In this document: positions 11,060 to 23,051 of the stretch, piece by piece
Position numbering within the stretch: the first letter of the stretch is position 1
Layout of the letters: each line of letters opens with the position of its first letter
From: Klebsormidium nitens
Taxonomy: Eukaryota; Plantae; Klebsormidiophyceae
Length of the DNA stretch: 64,000 nt
Direction of reading: 5' to 3'
Assembly (NCBI GenBank): GCA_000708835.1
Contig: DF237443.1
Coordinates: forward strand, 1 to 64,000
Made by a program: the position numbers and the translations under genes
Notes under the pieces: generated by a model
Databases searched by the model: none
What the model was told of the DNA's origin: nothing
Seen by the model: the letters and a program-made list of their open reading frames with translations, nothing else

Positions 11060-12745
11060 CAGGTTGTCTTGTGTTGGGGGCTTGTTGCAAATTAAATTCA
11101 AGTCGGCAACAAAACCTTGGACCAACACCCACATGAAGCAAAGCCTGGCAACCTTCGTCGCTTTCTTTAGTCGAGCTACCTCAACGTAGATGATCGAGCG
11201 GTCGAAAACGTTCTTGTCCAGCAAGTTGTCCTCCTTCACGCAGTCCACACACACAAGTTCTAGAACTGCGCGGGATGGAGGCTTGGGCTCTTCTGCTTTG
11301 AGCACGAACTGCTAGGCATAGATCAGCACCACACTTTTTACACGAGTAACCCTCCAAAGTTTTTCGGTTTTTGAATTCCCCTATGCGGGGAGGGGGGTAG
11401 CGCCGCTTTCCTTCTCTGACATTCTGCTTATGATCAGGACTGCGTCTTTCAACCCTCTGCACAGCGTCCTTGCCAGCGATCTAGACCCTCTCAATCAGCC
11501 CTTTAAACCACGCCATTGCGTACCCGCACACCTGCCCCTGCCGCTCCCCCTCCTCCAAAAACTACGGGGCCACCAGGACCACTAGAAACATCATCACCTC
11601 TTCAAATAGATTAGGATTGGAGTCGATTTCAGAACCTCCTTCACATACTGCCACTCAGCCCACGCGCCCAGCAGATATCGGAACAGAGAGATTACGAGCG
11701 CCACATTGACAGCGAAGGCCTCTTAGTACCCGCTGTTCCGCACATGAATCACGAGATCAACGGTGTAAACATGATGTATTCTGCTCGAGCTGCTCTGTCT
11801 GAAATGCACAAGCGCACCTCGTCAGCCAATTTCAGGAATTGAACCATTTTGGCACCGTACATGCGAAAAACCGAACTTATTTGGTAGTGAGCAGAGTGTA
11901 GAGATTGATTTCGCAAAACCTACGGCCATGTTGACAACAATCAAGCCTGTTCTTGTGGAGGCCGACCGTCAGCACGGACTACCCCGCTTTCTGAGTCACC
12001 GTATAGTACGGGATCTTCCACAGTTCTAAGAGCGCTGTCGGAAGGACGATCTCCTTCCGAACAAAGGCCCTTTCGAAGAACCCCCCTAGTTTTGCCCCCA
12101 ACTTCTTTTGCAGCGTCCTTTGCAAGGCTGGGGGGATGCTTATCCACTGCTTCTCTCTGTTCCCGTTAGGTCCGCATTTATACCCTCGAACAACGATTTC
12201 TCCTTGTGCACGGCAGTGGTAGTACCTCTCGTATATGGGGCAGATGCTAAAATAATTGCTCTGATGGTCCTCGCGAATCCACACTCTATACGAAGGCTAA
12301 AAAAACGACTCTGGCCAAGGTGCGACCCATTCTTGGCTCTGTATTTGTCAACGCCAACGGAGTTTGATGCGTACTCCTTAGCGCCGCATTTGGACTGGGG
12401 GGGAATTTCGAGGGAAATAGTGCTTCCGTCGAAAGTCTGCCAGGGCTTGGATCTTAGTCGATCCTTTTTTCAGCTCCCGCACGGAACGCTACTCCAAATG
12501 GCTATCGAGAAGCTGCGGAGAGAGATTTGAACGGGTGCAAGCGGATGAGTTGAGAAGTGACCTCCAGCGTTGTGTACTTTGCGCGGCTCTCTTGCTTGGG
12601 CAAGCCCTCTATGTCCAAAGTATCTTTCTTTCGTAGGCACGCCCCTGCACTTCGAGCGTGGGAGACGAGCTTGCTCATGAAAGCTTCTGTCCCGCCAGCC
12701 CTTCTGACAGCATCTTTTTTAAATAGAAAAGCAGGACCTTCACCC
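11060..12745 (-). pseudogene. Decayed JmjN-JmjC-Zn-finger histone demethylase-like gene (KDM4/5-type architecture)
   Basis: In order on the minus strand: JmjN-like GPAFLF...AFMSKLVSHARSAGACL; JmjC-like REDHQSNYFSI...EKQWISIPP...IVLPTALLELWKIPYYTVTQKAG*SVLTVGLH; then YSCKKCGADLCL...LVCVDCVKE. Stops and frameshifts throughout. Confidence 0.55.
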
Positions 12746-13202
12746 TAGCAGGACGACATCGCTGCGCCTTCACATGCAAGCTTTTTGAGCCCCACTACTT
12801 GCACAACTAGGGATGCTCAAAATGGCTCGAAATGCCAAAAGCCAGGCGCCAACCACCACCAAACGGATGCTAATGCTTCACCTCTGTGCACTGTGCTCAC
12901 GGAAGAGCCTTCTCCAAGTCTGTAGAGCAATTATGGATCTGACACTATTGTAAAACATCAATCTAAAAGAAGTTTGTGGAGAGTCGAAGGAAGCCGCTCG
13001 TGAGGCTCTTCTTTAGGATGCATAGTTGCCATCAATGAATGATGAGCATGAGTGCCGGAAAACACGATAAAACCCAATGACGAGTACCTCAACTTCACCA
13101 AGAGTCCCTAACCATGAGTTTCAATAGAAGGAAGCCGCTTGTGAGATGCTTCGTAAGTTCATCTTTGATCTCATGACTGCCATTAATGAGTGATGGCGGT
13201 CA

Positions 13203-13794
13203 TGTTGAAACATGGCGTCGTTGGGAATGAATGAACGAATGGTCAAATTCACACAATATATATCGAGTGTTCGGAGTCTAGCGGCGCTAAAGCTATGCAG
13301 TCCGTGTGCAATGCTAGACTCATCCAAGTAGAGTCACACTCCTTCAGCCTAGGTCTAAACTGATANNNNNNNNNNNNNNNNNNNNNNNNNNNNNNNNNNN
13401 NNNNNNNNNNNNNNNNNNNNNNNNNNNNNNNNNNNNNNNNNNNNNNNNNNNGTCAAATTCACACAATATATATCGAGTGTTCGGAGTCTAGCGGCGCTAA
13501 AGCTATGCAGTCCGTGTGCAATGCTAGACTCATCCAAGTAGAGTCACACTCCTTCAGCCTAGGTCTAAACTGATAGCCTAGTAGGCTGAGTTGACCGCGG
13601 ATAAGCAAGTCCAAAAGGTTTGCGCAAATCTGACTATTCAAGGCCAATTATCGAACCTTTTCATTACGGAGGTTGTCTCAATAAGTCATTTGGGTGTGAC
13701 GCTGTAACCCACGTGCATTTAACCGCCAAGCGCTGACTACCGGTTATTGACGTCTCCCACGAGATTGCGCACACAAAATGCCCGGATCTCAACA
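13203..13794 (-). repeat. Copia 3' LTR
   Basis: Plus strand reads TGTTG...CAACA; minus-strand purine tract (GTGGAGGAT) immediately precedes it at 13795-13803. Confidence 0.85.
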
Positions 13795-16700
13795 ATCCTC
13801 CACATACTAATGACTTTTGCAGTTCCTATCTCGCGCTTGAACTTCTTAAACTTCCCCGGTGCTAAAGCCTTGGTCATGATGTCCGCCTTCATGTTCTCCG
13901 TCCTGCAGTGCAAACGCGACCTTCTTGGGTGCAAAGTGATGAATCACGTCAATCTCCTTCGACCGCTGTGAAGGCGATTGGGTGCTTTAGGAGCCGTATC
14001 GCCCCTTGGTTGTTGAGTGGGACTACACCGTTCCAAGGTCCAACTCAAGATCTCCCCCGAGCTTGCGGGATCACAGCGCCTCCTTCACCGCTTGTGCTGC
14101 GCTCATAAGTTCCGCCTCTACCGTCGAAGCCGCCACCGTTGGCTTCAGCCTGCTCGACCAGCTCACCGCCTCCCCGTACACGAGAAGACGTATCCCGTTG
14201 TGGACCGTTCTGTGTTCACGTCACCCGCGCACTCCGCGTCACAATAAGCGATGAGAGTCTTTCCGCTCCCCCAAAGGTCACCCCGTCCTCTGCCGTATCC
14301 GCAAGGTAGCGCACAACTCCAAGCGCCGCCCGCAACTCCGTGCTCCTGCATCGGCCATATAGCGCGCAAGCGCGCCCATTGCCTATGCAATATCGGGCCT
14401 AGTGCACGTGGGTGCTGCATGTAGATCTCCTCCTCTAGCTCCTTATTGAGGAACGCCGTCTTGACGTGCAGCTGATGCAGTTTCAAGTCGCACTATGCGA
14501 CCACCGCCAATAGCGCATGCAAGTCGTGTGCTTGCTCCCTACTGGGCGTCCCGCTTTATCTTGTGAATCCACTTAATGGGAACCGGCTTCACCCCTTCCG
14601 GTTTACAACGAGCTCCCAATTCCCGTTCTGCAACAAAGACCGCATTTCCTCGTCCATTGACTTCCGCCATAGTTCACTCTCTTCTTCCCCCCCGGCTTTC
14701 TGAAAGGTATGCGGTTCTCGGTGCTCCCCGTCCCTTTGGGGTGCTCCCCCNNNNNNNNNNNNNNNNNNNNNNNNNNNNNNNNNNNNNNNNNNNNNNNNNN
14801 NNNNNNNNNNNNNNNNNNNNNNNNNNNNNNNNNNNNNNNNNNNNNNNNNNNNNNNNNNNNNNNNNNNNNNNNNNNNNNNNNNNNNNNNNNNNNNNNNNNN
14901 NNNNNNNNNNNNNNNNNNNNNNNNNNNNNNNNNNNNNNNNNNNNNNNNNNNNNNNNNNNNNNNNNNNNNNNNNNNNNNNNNNNNNNNNNNNNNNNNNNNN
15001 NNNNNNNNNNNNNNNNNNNNNNNNNNNNNNNNNNNNNNNNNNNNNNNNNNNNNNNNNNNNNNNNNNNNNNNNNNNNNNNNNNNNNNNNNNNNNNNNNNNN
15101 NNNNNNNNNNNNNNNNNNNNNNNNNNNNNNNNNNNNNNNNNNNNNNNNNNNNNNNNNNNNNNNNNNNNNNNNNNNNNNNNNNNNNNNNNNNNNNNNNNNN
15201 NNNNNNNNNNNNNNNNNNNNNNNNNNNNNNNNNNNNNNNNNNNNNNNNNNNNNNNNNNNNNNNNNNNNNNNNNNNNNNNNNNNNNNNNNNNNNNNNNNNN
15301 NNNNNNNNNNNNNNNNNNNNNNNNNNNNNNNNNNNNNNNNNNNNNNNNNNNNNNNNNNNNNNNNNNNNNNNNNNNNNNNNNNNNNNNNNNNNNNNNNNNN
15401 NNNNNNNNNNNNNNNNNNNNNNNNNNNNNNNNNNNNNNNNNNNNNNNNNNNNNNNNNNNNNNNNNNNNNNNNNNNNNNNNNNNNNNNNNNNNNNNNNNNN
15501 NNNNNNNNNNNNNNNNNNNNNNNNNNNNNNNNNNNNNNNNNNNNNNNNNNNNNNNNNNNNNNNNNNNNNNNNNNNNNNNNNNNNNNNNNNNNNNNNNNNN
15601 NNNNNNNNNNNNNNNNNNNNNNNNNNNNNNNNNNNNNNNNNNNNNNNNNNNNNNNNNNNNNNNNNNNNNNNNNNNNNNNNNNNNNNNNNNNNNNNNNNCC
15701 CCCGCTTTCGGTTCCGCCGCTAAGTGAGCACGGTACCACTCCTCAGGTGCGCATCTTTCAGACGCGGGATACATCCCGGTCTCCTCCTCAATCTCTTCCG
15801 GCTCTGCGCCCTGTCTTCGCGCACAATTTCAAACTTGCCCTCATTTTGGCCTTTGTGGAAGCGAGCGCGGCGCGGATCGTCGGGCGCGCGCGCGGCCAGG
15901 TCGCCCCGGCGCAGAGATTCAACTTTCAACTTTGGTCCCCCCGTAAACCCCCGTGTGAACCTTTGCGCCGTGACCCTCCGCCTTCTAGAACCGTCCGTGG
16001 GGTCGGAGCCAAGTTCGACAATCCCATTCCCCCCGATGCCCCTCGTCAAAGATAACGTCTCGAAAGATGCTTCACTTCCCGTTACGGTTCCGGAGCAACC
16101 TATACGCCTTCGAGTCCGGCTCGTACCCCACGAACACACATCGCTCGCTCACCGTATCTTCTGTAGCTTACGCCTCCGCTGCTTGAGGACGTGGCGGAAC
16201 GCTCTGGCCCCAAAAAACTTCATACGCCGGACATTCGGCTTCTCACCAAAGAACGCCTCTCAGGGGGTCTTCCCATGTGCGCTCACGGGCGTCCGGTTCC
16301 GGGTGTAGTTGGCCGTCACCACGGCTTCCGCCCACGATTCTTTGGGCACCCCCGAGTCCTCGAGCATCGCCCGAGTCTTGTCCTTATCCCGCTTGAGCCG
16401 TTCCGCCGACACATTTTGCTCGGTATTGTAGGGGGCGGTTTTCTGGTGAACCGTCCCCTTGCTCCCAAAAACGTCTTCAAGGGCCTTATTGACGAGGCTC
16501 CTTGCCCTGATCTGTTCGCACCGACTTGAGCTTCTTCCTCGACTGCAACTCCAACCGGTTTATTGTCCGCTCTGTCACTTTGGCCACCTCACTCTTTTGC
16601 TTCATTCTTGTAGTCGTCCAAGAACGTGGCAAAGTACGGCTTACCCCTACCGAGGCTACCGGCATTGGTCCGCAGACGTCCATGTGGACTAGCTCAAAAG

Positions 16701-18287
16701 GCTCTGTGCTCACGAGTCGGATTCCGGGAAGGGAGCCTAATTTGCTTCCCCATAATGCAGGCTCACACACCAAGGCTTTAAGGCCCTGAACGCACTCGGT
16801 TTCAACCCTCCCTTCCACGAGGTCGCCCTGCATACCACCGAGTTGTGCATAGTATCAAGAAATATTTGAGGATAAATTTCCATCCGGCGTCTCCCGACCG
16901 TCGGTGCCACAACTCGCCGATTTCCGGCTTTTTCACAGGGAAGCACGTGTCCTTCTCCGCCCCGTTGACCACGTAGATCCCCTTCACTTTCCGAGCAAGA
17001 AGGACTACCTCCCTGTCAACCTCAAGCTCGCAGTTGCCGTTCTCCTTTAACAACACCGATGCGACTTCGGTTGCCTTGCTAACCAAGATTTAATTCGCCC
17101 CAACCCCCAAGACATACTGTACGTTTTGCAAAGTGACAAGACTTTCTCCGATTGGTGTCGCACAGCGCAGCTCTACCGAGCCGCTCCCCTCTGCCCATAG
17201 GGTTCCCTTGGCGCTGAACGTGAATTCTCGGCCACTCCCTTCAAACATTGCGAGGGTCTCAAATAGGCTCTTGTCCTAGTTAGGATTCCCCCCCTTCTTC
17301 TGCTCCGGCTTGTGCTCCCGCTTGTCCGGCTTGCTACACATCCGGGCAATGTGACCAAACTCCCCGAAATTATAGCACTTGGGACCTTTGCCCCGACTTT
17401 CATCCTTGCCGTGGCCCTTCTCCTTGCTCCTTTCCGCCCGGGGCCACATAGGCCATAGCGGAGTCCGAACCACCGCCGCCCTTATCCTTAAGCGACTCCT
17501 CAAACCCCTGCTCATGCACCAAGAGCTTTGGCAGAATCGCATCCACCGAGCTTCTGGCGCTCTTCAAAGCCTCTAGAATTGTTTCCAGGGTACTAAACGT
17601 CTTGGGCAATCCCGCAAGCAAGCTCCACGCCAACATATCCGGCTTCATCTCAAAACCGGTAGCGACCGAGGCCCTGTACAAATCCTTCGCCAGACCCACA
17701 TACATGGTCACAGGCCCACCCGACTTCATCTTTAGAGAATGCAACTGCTGCCTAAGCTGCATTTTCCTTGCATTGGCTTTACTCTTGTAGGTCTTCTCAA
17801 GGAGATCCCACGCCTCCTTTGCGGTTTTGCACGACTCAATCGACCTCAACGTTCAGCCCGATGATGGTCAACGCTTTTTTGGTTGAGCTGGGTGCGCTGC
17901 GGGATCTTCAACCTCATCCCATAGATCTTTGGAAATCAGTAGAAACTCAAGCTCCGAACTCCACGTTCTATAGTTTCCAAGTCCAACTTATCAATGTGGA
18001 TCTTGTATCCGTCGGCCATTTCAGGGATTGCGTTCCCCTTAATTTAATATCCTTTTCCTCACGACCAAAGGTGGAAGATTTCCTTTTTAGCTTTCCCTGC
18101 CACTTGATCCCCCTTAAGGGCTTTCAATGTGGCTTTGCTCAAAAACAAAGCAGACCGCCCCCACCGGTGCCTTCATTGACCAACGGCCGACCTTGGCGCA
18201 CAGATTGAATATTCACCTCCTGGAGGCTTACTATTGAATGCTTGCGCCCTCATTCCCTAGGCGCGTGGTGCGTCGTTGTGCGCCGTA

Positions 18288-18298
18288 GGCCCTTAACC
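18288..18298 (-). promoter_or_regulatory. Putative primer-binding site, half-tRNA-iMet type
   Basis: Minus strand reads ...CCAACA|GGTTAAGGGCC, one mismatch from the GGTTATGGGCC PBS of Drosophila copia-type elements. Confidence 0.65.
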
Positions 18299-18685
18299 TG
18301 TTGGAACACGGCGCTGTTGGGAATGAATATCGAATGATCAATTCTCACATGATAAATATCGAGTGTTTAGCGGCGCTAAAGCTCTGTAGTCCGTGTGCTA
18401 TGCTAGACTCACTCAAGTAGAGTCACACTCCCAGTCTAGGTCTACACTGATAGCCCAGTAGACTCAGTTGACCGCGGATAAGCAAATCCAAAACTTTCGC
18501 GCAAATCTGAATATCTACGGCTATTATCGAACCTTTTCGTTACGGCGGTTGTCTCAATAAGTCATCCAAGTGTAACGCTGTAACCCGCACGCATTTAACC
18601 GCCAACCGCTGACTACCGTTTATCGTCGAACTCCTCGTCGACGTCACCCAAGAGACCGCGCACACTAACTGCCCGAATCTTGATA
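18299..18685 (-). repeat. Copia 5' LTR
   Basis: Co-linear with the 3' LTR (shared blocks such as AAGTAGAGTCACACTCC, GTTGACCGCGGATAAGCAA, GTTGTCTCAATAAGTCAT) but clearly diverged. Confidence 0.85.
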
Positions 18686-18727
18686 GAGCATGAGTGCGGG
18701 GCACTATGCCGTAAGACCCGATGACGA

Positions 18728-20770
18728 ATGACCACGACACAATCTGGCCCCATCTCAACGGTACTCACAAATTCCATTATTAACGAGGTTCTGTCAGTGG
18801 TCTTTCGTTATTTAGTCAGCATGGAGTCAAGTGTGTGGTTCATTCCGTCCGTACTTATGGACAAGAGCTGGTACTTTCGGTTGGAAGTAGAAGACAAATC
18901 CTGCTTCTAGATTCGTAGTATCGAGAATTGGATCTCAAGCAGCAACGGGACACTTACCTAAAAGGTAAACGACATTCAAAACGGCTCACGATAAAGCTTT
19001 GTATACCATTTTTGAAGGGGTGGGGAACGGCAGTTCGTAAAAAAGCAAAAACTTTGAGGAAGTAGGGATACGGTTTGACGAAGTGGGGATAAGGATGACA
19101 ATTGTGGGGGTGGGGGATCACATACACGGCAAGGATAGCGAAACCGAAGCAAGATTCATTCCCACGCAATCACAGAGGATTGAAGAAACGTAGGTTTAAT
19201 ATCGAAGTGGTCGAAGGGGGACTAGTCGAAGTGGAAGACACACTAGCATACGTTTACCCGTAGCAACTGACACATGTGGAGCTGCTTTTCAAGAAAGATA
19301 AAGTGAACGAAGCAAAATTGGAACAGAAATCACAAGCGACTACACAATGATGGTTGGCCGACAAAAAGGAAAAGCGTGTAAGCTTGTGACGATATTGAGG
19401 ATCGATTAGTAGCTCTAAGGAAAATGGGCAACAGTTGTAGCAACGAAATTCGACGTAGCATGGAAATAGGACGTTCGTTAAGCTTCCAAACAATATGCAC
19501 ATCAGCCTATACTAGAGTGTAACTTTGATCATCCTATAGCTGGTTTGCAAGTTCAATAGTTAAGGGTATTGATATATTATATGCGATGTCGTCACCTTCG
19601 CGTACATGCTACCGTATACAACTTCATGGGTGATAAGTGCATGCCAATGGTACGACGATCTAACAGACAACAATCTATCTCAAAAAGGCCGTGTGCTAAC
19701 CTGCTCGATGTGCACGATTCAAATATCAAAGACCCGAGATTAAGCAGCGAAAACGTAGACCATTGATCAAGAAACATGTCCATAAGGTGGGGCTGCATTC
19801 GTTTGTGTTTGCTTCAAATAAGGTGAATTGATTCATAAGCACAGATTCAATAAAGTCCAGTGAATGAGGATTATTGAACTTGTAAGGTCATTTAATTCCT
19901 ATAACTTGGGCGGAATGCAAATCTCCCACTTCATTGAAACAATCGAGACATTTTTGAAAGAACCGATTGGCGCGTAAACATCTCGAGTTTAATTGGTTTT
20001 CGGCATACTTTACATGTATGTTGTGGATCTCAGTGTACGGCGTGTTGCGCAATCGTCAGGAACAAGGACCGGTGGAATTGAGATTTGTGCGGTTGGCTGA
20101 AGGCCAGCCGCCACTTATGTAAGGCAGAATTTAGACCGTACTACCCTAAAGACCGCATAAACTAGTCTTTCTACTGGGTAGGTAGGATCAACCCTCGGAG
20201 CAGCCCCAACAATCTGTAACGCAACACGTTTGAGTAAATGCTCCCTTGCGGGGCCAATTAATACTCAGCAATATGACTACAGTGAGATAAACACATTGTT
20301 CTAATGACTTACCATGTTTATCTGCTGCTTTTCATCTCATACCGTAGTCTTGCAACCTTTTCCTGTCCAGATCTAGAACTTATACTCTCCGCTGAGTACT
20401 CCGAACTTCTCATAGACGATTCGGAGTCGTTTAAAACCGCATGCTCGGTGTGACTTTGCGATTTTCTGCCATTCTACGGGTAGGTTTGATATCTCCAAGA
20501 AAGTCGCGCAAGGTCTCACTTCTACGTACAATTTAGAATTGTGCGGACCAGCCGCACACTTCCGCACACTCGTGTGTGGCGCTTTTGAGCACAGATGCCT
20601 ACTTTTGTGCGCCAAGATATTCGGGGTTGTTGAACACTAGTTGTGACGTTTATGAAGCCAGGTATCTTTTTAGTGGTGACAACATCATCAAGACCATGAC
20701 AAAGCTCATTGTGACTGTGGCCGGGCACATGCACAGGTATAGGACCGTTGATCGAAGCCATAACATGTGA
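18728..20770 (+). pseudogene. Possible decayed gene with F-box-like N-terminus
   Basis: INEVLSVVFRYL...VLMDKSW resembles an F-box motif; later exon-like piece with splice sites (~20371-20478) and fragment ...VAGHMH; multiple stops. Linkage of the pieces is unproven. Confidence 0.25.
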
Positions 20771-20799
20771 ATGATTGATGACTAGATATAGATTGTAAT

Positions 20800-21900
20800 T
20801 GTAATTTGGTTAAACGTCGGTTCGGAGTGGTGACCGCCTAAGTCGACGAGTGTTCTAAGATGTTAGCTCGCTTCTCTAATGCTAGGTGCAAGTATCTACC
20901 AACTGCAGATTTATCCTGCATATTGAGGAAAGCTTTTAAATCTCTATCGTCCCTATCCTTCGGCTACGTGATAGAAAGCCAAGCGGAGATCACTATAGGC
21001 AGGGCGTTCAAACACGAAATGTCCTGCTGATTCTACCGCCCCGGTGTTGCAAACGTGGCAGATCCGCTCGCTACGCTCTTCGGTTTTGCCAACTCCCTGT
21101 TTCTATGGCCAGTCTATGGGCTCCTACTCTGAATTTGGCTAGTGTGGCGAAGTACTCAGACACACCAATCTGATCTAGATAGCATTCAAATAGATATCCC
21201 TCTTTGACAGACTCAAAATACGTGCAGTACTTTCGACCGTATCCCTCCCTTAGATCCTGCATGTATGCCATTTCAGACCTTTCTTGACGGTAGAACAGGA
21301 TTCAGGACACCTGTCCTCTCCTCGATCGACACAACTTTCGCAGGCTTTTCTTACGACCTCTGCATACCACCCGCCTTTGTTTGGTGCCCAGATTTCTTTC
21401 GACTCTTCGAACGCTAAACGGGCTAGTCAGTCTAAGGGAAGGCTGGCCGTCCGGTTTACAGATTTGAAAGTCTGGGCCCATCGCTTAACGACCAAGGGAA
21501 ACCGACCGAACTCTCCTAAAACGGCCTTTGACAGCGTTGATTTCCGAACCCTAAGCAAACCTCGTAAGAACGCCCGATGAACCCTCTCTGGGCCGTCCCC
21601 CTCGCCACTCCAACCCCACACCGGACCGTAGCCAGGACCCTAGACTTCCGCGCCGTACGCAAGGATTGGACTGACCAGATGATCAAACAAACCCACTCTC
21701 GTGCTTGTCTTCCGCAACCCCAACTCGCCACACCTTCGGTCCATTGCAAAATTGCTGCCTTCCGCCCCGCTTCCGCTAGATGCTGAACTGCTTGCTTAAA
21801 CCTTCCGTTGCAACAGACCTGGACTCCTAGATATCGATAGCTCTGGACGATTTCCATGCCCTCTCCACCATAGCTAAAGGTGTGCTTCCTTCGCTGGCTG
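20800..21900 (-). mobile_element. 5'-truncated non-LTR retrotransposon (RTE-X/L1-like) 3' portion
   Basis: RT thumb EIVQSYRYLGV, LGEFGRFPLVVKRW, FRVGAHRLAIETGSW and C-terminal ERICHVCNTGAVESAGHFVFERPAYSDLR zinc-knuckle-like motif; frameshifted. Confidence 0.85.
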
Positions 21901-23051
21901 CTAAATTGGCCCCCAAAGACGACGACTCTACGTCTTTTGCAGGTTTCCCAAAAGACCGCTCTCTTCTGAAAACTTCTCTAATAGCGCCAAATTACGTTGC
22001 AAGCCCTCCGAATTTGTCGAACGAATAGAATTCACGTGATTCCCATAGGAGTGCTAGTTCTGTAGACGTTGCACATAGTAGATGCCAGCATACTATAGCC
22101 GATATTGCTTTCGCAGCGCTACTAGATGGCATGACGTTACAGGGCCGTTCCAGACCTTACCAGGTGTACTTTCGAAGCCGCTGTTGTCCAAGAACGAACA
22201 TGAATACCTACAATAGACTTCATTAAATGAATAGTTACATTGAAGTAGTAGACTCAACTAGTAGTTTAGTCCATGTTGTTTCCCATCATAAACGTAGAAG
22301 CAGCTGACTGCATTCGTCACGGAAATTAGATAGTATCAAACTTATAAAGTGAAGCTAGTATCAAACTTATGAAGTGAATCTTGATCTGTATTAAGGCCGC
22401 TAGATTCGAGATTTCTCCTCATAACCTAACTTGGATCAAGGTTATCAAGAACGGCCGTTTGGCCAATTGGCCGAACATTCTCAAGTGGTATCTTGTGGTG
22501 TATGGTTGAGCGGGGACCCTCTTAGTATTCAAAATCGCATAGCCTCCAAGCTTACGGAAAGCGTGGTTACCAACATATTGATCCAACCCTTGGCAATTTA
22601 CAAGCGGGCCCGGAAGGCTTTAAAGAGGGCGTCGTGGGACATGTCCCACCTCCGGCGACAGAAAGGCCCGTACATAGCTGTTTTGATCGCTCAATGCCCA
22701 TGACAACATACTTTTGGTTGCGACACCGCAGGTGGTGCCCATGCCATGCATGAAGTCGCCGCGCAGCCACGTGACGTGGGGTATACCTAGTCTGACGCCC
22801 TCTTTAACGCGATGATGTGAGTTTTTGGGAAACATCACCATCCACGCACAGCCGGGCTAATGCCACCCAGTTAACTTTTAACTCTTGAGAAGGTGACGGT
22901 GACGGTGGCGGTTGATAGGAAGAGCAGTGACTTCAAAGAGCAAAGGTGCACCTTGAATGCAGAGGTACGCAACTCAAAGGTGAAATCGGTGGGCAGCACA
23001 AGGGTACTACAAGCCGGTCAGCACTGGACCGAAACGCAATCCCGCATCCCG

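Larger units (their letters stand above)
13203..18685 (-). mobile_element. Degenerate full-length Ty1/copia LTR retrotransposon
   Basis: Related LTRs at 13203-13794 (inflated by a gap duplication) and 18299-18685. Internal order on minus: gag with knuckle (CYNFGEFGHIARMC), integrase (FELVHMDVCGPM; KKLKSVRTDQGKE), RT (LHQLHVKTAFLNKELEEEIYMQ), RNase H (YCDAECAGDVNTERSTTGY; KADIMTKAL). Many stops and frameshifts. Confidence 0.93.

Noticed and set aside
13244-13573. ~120-bp direct repeat (13244-13365 and 13452-13573) inside the copia LTR
   Set aside because: Identical copies sit on either side of an N-gap and the other LTR has only one; an unmerged contig overlap.
20522-20761. Minus-strand VPGHSHNEL as a DDE transposase motif
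   Set aside because: Isolated short match; the plus strand shows splice signals and more protein-like reading, and no other transposase motifs or TIRs are visible.
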